Part shown: positions 54,763 to 64,000 of the stretch, one piece after another
Numbering within the stretch: the stretch's first letter is position 1
How the letters are laid out: every line of letters starts with the position of its first letter
NCBI GenBank assembly: GCA_951406725.2
Contig: OX597821.1
Span: 102,672,001-102,736,000, forward strand
DNA length: 64,000 bases
From: Octopus vulgaris
Taxonomy: Eukaryota
Reading direction: 5' to 3'
The notes under the pieces: model-generated
Told to the model about the DNA's origin: nothing
The model's input: only the letters and a program-made list of their open reading frames with translations
The model's database searches: none
Translations under genes and position numbers: made by a program

Positions 54763-55829
54763 TAACAGAATACACACACATACACACACACACACATATA
54801 TATATACATGTATGTATAACACACACAAACACAGACACATACACATACACACATATAAATATGTATAGATAAATATATCAAACTAAGATTACAGAACAAA
54901 CAAAGGCAAGGTCATCCACATAACATTTCATATCTCGAACATTTAATCATAGAATATACATTTATGACATCACGGAAGATGAAACATAACTCATCTGTAC
55001 AAGCATATAAGAAAGTGCGAGAAAAATGTGTGAATACAGTTCATCACGGTTAATGTTAATACTTTAGCGATTAAGAAATATATATATTAAAAAAAAACAA
55101 CAACATTACAACACCTAGAAAATAAATACGTAAAAATATAGTATAAAGTAATATATAAATATATAGGTATATAAAAATTTTATTAAAAAATATATATATA
55201 TATATCGGAAGCATATAAATAAGTAATATATAATATATAATGTAAAAATAAAAGTTCATCGTTTAGAAAATCTCTTTAAAAATTACTTTTCAAATAAAGG
55301 AAACCTATAGTTAAAAAACCAGTGTCCAAGCAAAAAAGAAACCATATGCGTATGTATGAATCTTTTAATTGTTTCAGTCCTTTAACTGCGGCCATGCTGG
55401 GGCAGTATCTTGAAAAACTTTTGTCGAACAAATCGACCCTAGTACTTATCATTTTTTAAAAGCCCGATACTTATTCTATCGGATCTCTTTGCCGATCCGC
55501 TAAGTTACGGGTATGTAAAAACACTACGGTTGTCAAACGGTGGTGGAACACATCCATACACACACACTGTAAGCTTCTCTCAGTTTCCGTCTACCAAATC
55601 CACTCACGGTTGAAGACACTTACCTAAGGTGTCACGCAGTGAGGTTGAACCCGGAACCATGTGGTTGGGAAACAAACTTCTTACCATACAGCCACTCGTG
55701 CGGCTACATACATACGTGCGTAAGTACCTACGTATGCATGTGTGCATATATGTATGTATGTATGCATGTATGTATGTATGTATGTATGTATGTATGTATG
55801 TATGTATGTATGTATGTATGTATGGGGAG

Positions 55830-55995
55830 AGTTTATGAAAAAAACAAAAGACGAAGACAGGTGGTGTACAAAACAAACAGGTGTATTAGTATAACGCTCA
55901 GGAATAGAAAAAGTCTTTTACGTTTCGAGCCTACGCTCCTCTACAGAAAGGGACACAGAAAAAACAAGGAGAGAAAAAAATGTGTGTAGTGGCTA
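55830..55995 (-). mobile_element. Penelope-like pseudo-LTR fragment with variant hammerhead (55915-55950)
   Basis: CTTT-CTGTAGA-G-GAGC(GTAG)GCTC-GAAACGT-A-AAAG; homologous to 3940-4155. Confidence 0.6.
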
Positions 55996-57429
55996 TATGT
56001 ATGTATGCATGCATGCATGTTTATGTGTGTGTGTGTGTGCGTGCGCGCTTGTGTGTTCGTGTTTCATATTTCTGGACTATTGTCTTTAAGGTTGTATTAA
56101 TCGTTCCTAATGACTTCACACAGGTATTTATTTTATCGGGCTTTATTTATCGAATGGCTAAGTTATCTTATAGCTTAAATGAACACCACTTAAGTCATCA
56201 TATGACACCGGTGTACACAAACACAGGCCTTATGAGACCAGTGATCCAAGCTCAACGTTCTTTTTAAACACGTCCTTAGACAGGTCTTCGAAAACACGTT
56301 TTAAGACATGTTTTAATATATTTTCATGTGAAGGCGGCGAGCTGGCAGAAACGTTAGCACGCCGGGCGAAATGTGTGTGTATGTGTGTGTGTGTGATATG
56401 TTTGTGTGTCTGTGTTTCTCCCCTCAGCATCGCTTGACCACCGATGCTGGTGTGTTGACGTCCCCGTAACATAGCGGTTCGGCAAAAAGGACCGAGAGAA
56501 TAAGTGCAAAGGCTTACAAAGAATAAGTCCTGGGGTCGATTTGCTCGACTAAAGGCGGTGCTCCAGCCTGGCCGCAGTCAAATGGCTGAAACAAGTAAAA
56601 GAGCAAAGAGTATTCAATTTTATTTATCCATTCCATTTATGAATGTTTAATAATTGAATGCTGTGAGTTAAAAATCACCGTTTTCTTTTCAACATTTTGT
56701 CTATTTATTAGCGAGGTCCCATATAGAATAATTTTTTGTTTTAATCTTGAAATTAAATGTGTTTCAATTTACTGTCAGGTGACTTTTAGCCAACCCTGTA
56801 TTTGCTTTTGAACAGGGATACATAATGGACAATATAATCTTAGATATACAAAAAGTTGGGAGGGTTGCAATTGGGATGCTTTTGATGATAGCTCTGCCCT
56901 ATCGGAGCTAAACTTCCACTTCCACCTCAACGAAAAGACAATTATGTGATTAAACCAAAGATGGAATCTAAAGGACAAATGTAGCTGCGACCATATTTTT
57001 TTTTTCGTAATTTATTAATTTTCTTTCAACAATTCATAGAGTGCACACAGAACATTGAGAATCCAGACAACGACGTATCTGTATTCGTCGGAAAAGTGTC
57101 CTCATGTTGGTAATTGCTCCAGGCAAGGCGCTAAGCTTGATTCAGGCTGAAGCGCGCAACACTCGAAACGTAGTGAAAGAAACAACGGAGATGAGGAAAC
57201 CACTCCGACTAAAACATAATATAAAATTTCTCATCACGAAAAATACAGAAGTGTATTAGCCAATTGGTACGGCGCCAGCACAAGACACCAGTGAACGTTT
57301 ATAAGCCTTAAAAATTCACTCTGACATTGCCTATGGGCATAGTGTAATGGATAAAGACGCTTCTTCTTCTTCTTCTTCTTCTTCTTCTTCGTCTTCTTCG
57401 TCTTATTATTATTATTATCATTATTATTT

Positions 57430-57910
57430 AAGGCAGCGAGCTGGCAGAATCGTTAGCACGCTGGATGAAATTCTTAGCGGCTTTTCATCCGTTGCTACGT
57501 TCTGAGTTCAAATTCCACCGAGGTCGACATTGCCTTTTATCCTTTAGGGGGTCGATAAATTAAGTACCAGTTGATTACTGGAATCGATGTAACCGATTAT
57601 CTCTCTCCCCCAAAATGCTTGCCCTTGTGGCAAAATTTGATGCCATTACTATTATTATTATTTAAGGCGGCGAGCTGGCAGAATCGTTAGCCCGCTGGAT
57701 GAAATGATTAGCAGCTTTTCATCCATTGCTCCGTTTTGAGTTCAAATTCCACCGAGATCGACATTGCCTTTTATCCTTTAGGGATCGATAAATTAAGTAC
57801 CAGTGAGACACTGAGGTCGATGTAGTATATTATTATTTTCATGATTAAGGTGGTGAGATGGCAGAATCGTTAGCATGTCGAGCGAAATGCTTAGCGGTAT
57901 TCCGTCTCTC
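57430..57910 (+). mobile_element. Three tandem SINE family A-related copies separated by (ATT)n
   Basis: Heads at about 57430, 57664 and 57847. Confidence 0.8.
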
Positions 57911-57914
57911 TCTA

Positions 57915-57968
<54 letters not shown>

Positions 57969-58010
57969 CATTATTATTATTATTATTATCATTATTATTA
58001 TTATTATTAT

Positions 58011-58233
58011 TGTTTGTAAGCCATTTAAGAAACACACAAAAGCCGTTCGATTCACTTCAACATTTAAGTTTAATTTGTCAAAATATTTTCGTCGCTAGAA
58101 GACCGCGACCTGTTCACTGACAAAAATCCGTGAGGTCGCGGTCTTATAGCGACGAAAATATTTTGACAAATTAAACTTAAATGTTGAAGTGAATCGAACG
58201 GCTTTTGTGTGTTTCTTAAATGGCTTACAAACA
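58011..58233. repeat. Near-perfect palindrome: 101-bp arms, 21-bp spacer
   Basis: 58011-58111 is the reverse complement of 58133-58233, with one visible mismatch. Confidence 0.92.
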
Positions 58234-58331
58234 CCTTCCACGCTGCAATTGTTTTCGTTCCAGCACACGATCTCAGATCAAATCACTTGCTATGCAAGTA
58301 CATCTCCGTAATATTATTATTCTTATTATTC

Positions 58332-58377
<46 letters not shown>

Positions 58378-58501
58378 CATTATATAGTTATTAAATGATA
58401 ATTTAGCTTGCACGGATGTTATCTTTAGGTGAGCTGGCAACAAGTCTCGTCCAATCTCAAGAATCTTTCTAATAATTCTTGCAGAATACGGATAGCACCC
58501 T

Positions 58502-58571
<70 letters not shown>

Positions 58572-59589
58572 TAAATGAGATAAAACATATGCATATATAT
58601 AAACATATATGTACGTACCTACCTCTACATGTACATATACACGCATATATGAGTACAGGACACCAAAGAGACGTCGAACACAAAGAGAAACGAAAACATA
58701 GACACAAACCAAAGGAACTGGACATTTTATACACTATTCCACACCATCATATCCTCCAGTACTGTGTATATATATGTATATATGTATATATATATGTATA
58801 TATATGTATATATATGTATATATGTACATATATGTATATATATATATATGTATATATGTATATATATGTATACATATGTATATATGTATATATAAGTATG
58901 TATGTATATATATATACGTGTGTAATTGTGGAGAAGTATATCATTGTGTCTCTTGTGCAGCAGATATTTGGTACTTGTATTTGTGCGTGTGTACGAAATG
59001 TAAAAACATGTTCTCTATCAACAGGTAGTCCCCACCACCCAGGAATTCTGCAAACAAAAGCACGAACGAAAGTAAGCGATAATCTACGAACTTCAATTAA
59101 AAACAACAATAAACAACAGTAAATAACAGCATACACACACACACAAAAACACATCAAGACGAAGGCCACCCCCAGATCTAATCAACCACTACCACCACCA
59201 CTACCAACAACAACAAACATAACCGCATAATCAAAAGCCGAAAGCTGCTTCCCTATAAAACAAGGCCCTTGTTAGTTAGCCTATCACTTTGGAGTTTCAA
59301 GGGTTTGTATTAGAGTTTGGGGGTCTGTGGAGGAGGTAGGGAGTGGGTTGACATGATTATCCTAAGCTAATATTTACTTTCATTAACTAGTAATGCTATT
59401 TTATGCAGTGTGTGTGTGTTGTGTATACAGACATACATTCAAATACACACACATGCATACACACACACACACACACACGGATGTATGTATGTATATATAT
59501 ACATATACAAACACTTATGTGTATACACGCACATATACATACAAATATATATACAACCAATTATATGTATATATATATATATATGTGTG

Positions 59590-59701
<112 letters not shown>

Positions 59702-59727
59702 TTTATATATATATATATATATATATA

Positions 59728-59866
59728 GGGAGAATTCACGAAAGAAACAAAAGACGAAGACAGGCGGTGTAGAAAACAAACGCTCGGAAATTGGAAAAGT
59801 ATTTTACGTTTCGAGCCTACGCACTTCCACAGAAAGGAACACAGAAAGAAACAAGGAGAGAAACAA

Positions 59867-59870
<4 letters not shown>
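59728..59870 (-). mobile_element. Penelope-like pseudo-LTR fragment with variant hammerhead (about 59802-59836)
   Basis: CTTT-CTGTGGA-A-GTGC(GTAG)GCTC-GAAACGT-A-AAAT, between (TA)n runs. Confidence 0.55.
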
Positions 59871-59909
<39 letters not shown>

Positions 59910-60753
59910 CGTATATATATATGTCATATATATATGTACCTGCGTTTATACACACATTCATGCACATGTATAGTGAATAGAATACATGTTGCTCCATCGG
60001 GAGGTATCCTTCTCTCCCAACACTCAACAGAATCTATTTTTGTGTCGGCAGTTTTCACGATTCGTCACCCTTGCCCAGCTCGTCCCGAGTAGCAACATGA
60101 CATGGGCTGTTACAAAACCCGCAAAACAACAACAACAAAATTCCCCAAACTGTGAAGAAATGCATGTAGACTAAGCATAGACTCAACGACTACGTACCTA
60201 TAGCATTTTGTACGACGACTTCCGGATTAAGAGCTCTCGGTCATAATCCACAAGTTACTCCTTGAAAATTGAAATAGTATTGTCTCAATCAAATACGGTA
60301 GTACAATGGCACAGTAACTCAACGGTTGAAGATATATGAGTTACACATATATGGATCGGCTGGAACCATTTGAAATAGAATATCAAAACACTGAATGTTC
60401 CATAAGAAAATTCCTTATTTTAAGCAGTTATTTCCTTGTTACTTAGCTGAAAGTTAGCTTGGATTGAGCAGACCCACGATCAAAGTCGTTGCAAATGTGA
60501 CCCTCCCATCGTGCTGTATATCAAAAACTAAATTTTCCCCCATGGGTTCTTCTTTACTGGAAACTATAGCGTGTAGTTTGAGAGAGATTTTGCTACTTTT
60601 TCTAGTCAATCCAATATCCACACATATTCGAATCTACGTATGCACACATATTTGTATCTTCGATTCGAATATGTGGAAGATTGAAGAAGATTTAACTGTT
60701 TCTTCTTGATGGCCAAGTGACAACATAGATACACACATTATTTCGAAGACAGT

Positions 60754-60968
60754 AAGGCGGCGAACTGGCAGAATCGTTAGCACGCCCGGCGAAATGCTTA
60801 GCGGTGTTTCTCCCGTTGCTACGTTCTGAGTTCAAATTCCGCCGGGGGTCGACTTTGCTTTTCATCCTCTTGGAGTCGATGAATTAAGTACCAGTTGAGT
60901 AATGGGGTCGATGTAATCAACTTGTCGCCCTCCCTCAAATTCCAGGCCTTGTGTCTATAGTAGAAAGG
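60754..60968 (+). mobile_element. SINE family A variant with alternative tail
   Basis: Head and core as in family A; tail ccctccctcaaattccaggccttgtgtctatagtagaaagg. tactacgaagacagtaa-like duplication on the flanks. Confidence 0.85.
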
Positions 60969-61211
60969 GTTACTACGAAGACAGTAAATGCCTTGTTACA
61001 GACTGTACGATTGTAGAGTGAGGGTAATTTAGCTACGTTTTCTGATTGAGTGAATAACGACATAAACACATACGTGAGTCCGAAAACGCCAGATAAGTAA
61101 TTTGAGTGAGGTTTAGCTACATTTTCTAACATATCGAATAATTACATATACACCCATATTTATTCTAGTTGAAGACGATATGTGTATGATTCGAGGGAAA
61201 TTTAGCTAGTG

Positions 61212-62200
61212 CTTCTTGCAAGATGTGTGACGACAGAGTCACGCAGTTTCGGAGTTCTAGCTGCTATTTCTAACAGCTTGCGTGACTACATAGAGACTCA
61301 CTCGTTAGCTCTTATACATTGTGTATGATTTAACCCTTTGCCTGTTTCGTGTGTCACTTATCTCGCGTTTTCGGACTCGCGTATGAATATTTGGACAAAG
61401 AGTTAAAGGAGATTTCGCTGCTATTTCTAACAATCCTAGTGGCCATGTAGGAGGAGAATCTTCTTGCAAGATGTGTGACGACAGAGACACGCAGTTTCAG
61501 AGTTCTAGCTGCTATTTCAAACAGCTTGCGTGGCTACGTAGAGACTCACTCGTTAGCTCTGATACATTGTATATGATTTAACCCTTTGCCTGTTTCGTGT
61601 GTCACTAATCTCGCGTTTTCAGACTCGCGTATGAATACTTGGACAAAGAGCTAAAGGAGATTTCGCTGCTATTTCTAACAATCCTAGTGGCCATGTAGAG
61701 GAGAATCTTCTTGCAAGATGTGTGACGACAGAGACACGCAGTTTCAGAGTTCTAGCTGCTATTTCAAACAGCTTGCGTGGCTACGTAGAGACTCACTCGT
61801 TAGCTCTGATACATTGTATATGATTTAACCTTTGCCTGTTTCGTGTGTCACTAATCTCGCGTTTTCAGACTCGCGTATGAATACTTGGACAAAGAGCTAA
61901 AGGAGATTTCGCTGCTATTTCTAACAATCCTAGTGGCCATGTAGAGGAGAATCTTCTTGCAAGATGTGTGACGACAGAGACACGCAGTTTCAGAGTTCTA
62001 GCTGCTATTTCAAACAGCTTGCGTGACTACATAGAGACTCACTCGTTAGCGCTGATACATTGTATATGATTTAATACTTTACCTGTTTCGTGTGTCACTA
62101 ATCTCGCGTTTTCAGACTCGCGTATGAATACTTGGACAAAGAGTTAAAGGAGATTTCGCTGCTATTTCTAACAGTCCTAATGGCCATGTAGAGGAGAATC
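61212..62200 (+). repeat. Tandem array of four 246-248-bp units
   Basis: Units start at 61212, 61460, 61707 and 61953 and are highly similar. Confidence 0.95.
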
Positions 62201-62425
62201 CTGTACTATCCCCAACAGTTTTCTCACTCTGCTAGGAACAACACTAACAGCTAAACAGATACAATAATAACAACGAGGAAAATATTGTCAATTCATTAGC
62301 CTGTAAGATAAGCCTGCGTCTCAGTTCTTTTGAATTCTTTTCATCTCTGCTAACATCAACTGTCTAAGTGTAATAGAGCCATTACTTCCTGAATTTGAAA
62401 ATAAACAAGACACTGGCAAATGTAA

Positions 62426-62512
<87 letters not shown>

Positions 62513-62734
62513 ACAAATGTATGCATCCATGTACACTCACACACATTTTATGTGTGCGTGTGTGTTTGTGTGTGTATGTGCGTACATACATACATTCATT
62601 CATACAGACCACATATACATACACACAAACACACATATCTATATAAATAATATATATATATATATTATGTATATATGTGCGCGCGTGTATGTATGTTAGC
62701 ATATATATATATATATATATCTACATATATACAA

Positions 62735-62785
<51 letters not shown>

Positions 62786-63105
62786 ATATATATATTATAT
62801 ATATATATACACACATATATATACACATACAAGTGTGTACGTAAGTATATATGCGTATGTATTTGTGTATGTAAACTTCGTTTTTGTATATATGTAAGGG
62901 GCGCGCGCGCGTATAGGCGAGTGAAATTTAATGTATGTGTAACTATAATTTTTTTAATTATACGCCTAGCTACGAAATGTAAACAAATTTTCATATTGGG
63001 AGGAAAAAAGAATATTAGGAATAACCTGACTAGTTTCACCTCTATTTGGGAAGTCATCGGAGGAAAAATATAGTATCCCCATTAAACAATCGTGAGGTTT
63101 TGAGA

Positions 63106-63335
63106 AGGCGATGAGCTGGCTGAATCGTTAGCACACCGGGCGAAATGCTTAGCGGTATTTCGTCTGCCGTTACGTTCTGAGTTCAAATTCCGCCGAGGTA
63201 GACTTTGCCTTTCTTCCTTTCGGGATCGATAAATTAAGTACCAATTACGCACTGGGGTCGATGTAATCGATTTAATCTCTTCGTATGTCCTTGTTTGTCC
63301 CCTCTATGTTTAGCCCCTTGTGGGCAATAAATAAA
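63106..63335 (+). mobile_element. SINE family A
   Basis: Match to 2203-2434. aatcRtgaggttKtgag is duplicated on the flanks. Confidence 0.9.
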
Positions 63336-63554
63336 TAATCATGAGGTTGTGAGTAATCATGAGGTTGTGTATGTTGTGTCCTTGAGCAAGACACCTTATT
63401 TCACTTTGTTCCAGCTCCTTTTTAGCGACGTCAGTGGTGCCAAACTATACTGTAATGTAATTAAATATAATATGATATAATAGAAAATAGTATATGATCT
63501 TGTTACCAGTTCAAATATGCCCGAGAAATTCGAACCCGCAAGAAAGACATTCAT

Positions 63555-63762
63555 TGTATTTTGTAATGGAAAAAAATTCTTGCTGTAGACCAGGAGTGGG
63601 GAAACCCCCACCCGCAGGCTTGTATGCACGTATGTACCAAATATAGCCAATTCTTCAATGTATTTTGTAATGGAAAAAAATTCTTGCTGTAGACCAGGGG
63701 TGGGGAAATCCCCACCCGCAGGCTTGTATGCACGTATGTACCAAATATAGCCAATTCTTCAA
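63555..63762 (+). repeat. Tandem duplication of 104 bp
   Basis: tgtattttgtaatggaaaaaaattcttgctgtagaccagg...atagccaattcttcaa at 63555 and 63659. Confidence 0.92.
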
Positions 63763-64000
63763 TTATAAAATTTATACAATACTCGTATGCCTCTGCGAAA
63801 TAGGTCGCGTTTCCACTACGACTTAAAACGGTGAAACTCGAAGAGAAAATCGTCCGGCAACTGCCATTTGAATGGAAATTTTGTACCACCCCCTTGAGAC
63901 TACACTCTAGCTGAAAAATATAGAATACCTCATAAGTAATATAAACACTCTAAAATCACTGGCGGCGTTAATGAAGATGTTACACGTTAATTTAATGTGT

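Noticed and set aside
56800-56950. Possible plus-strand exon after ttttgaacag
   Set aside because: Resembles the reverse complement of a decayed dispersed repeat also seen near 19140 and 24170-24290; no domain.
57140-57180. CTGAAG...CTCGAAACGTA hammerhead-like words
   Set aside because: Core is incomplete and stem I and II pairing needs several assumed mutations.

Overview
Eukaryotic, AT-rich, microsatellite-saturated genomic DNA. The repeat style (tRNA-derived SINEs, Penelope-like and RLE retroelements) suggests a cephalopod mollusc such as Octopus; this is an inference, not a database result. Almost all ORFs in the supplied track are microsatellite translations. One clear host coding exon is present: the first coding exon of a secreted carboxyl/cholinesterase-family protein (neuroligin/AChE-like) at 22652-22452 (-). 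Bases 1-22451 are therefore probably intron, with one candidate 78-nt in-frame cassette exon at 7875-7798. The rest is a nested transposon landscape: dozens of SINE copies from about four modular families, a decayed DD37E Tc1-like transposon, a Penelope-like GIY-YIG relic, a young CR1/L2-type 3' end, six relics of the 3' end of an RLE (R2-superfamily) LINE, and several MITEs. The most striking signal missed by the ORF track is a set of type I hammerhead-ribozyme motifs. One near-canonical copy and its damaged twin sit in the two arms of a 600-bp fold-back insertion with a 12-bp target-site duplication (42324-42925). Another lies downstream of the Penelope relic (48921-49004). Five more share a variant core with an extra nucleotide.
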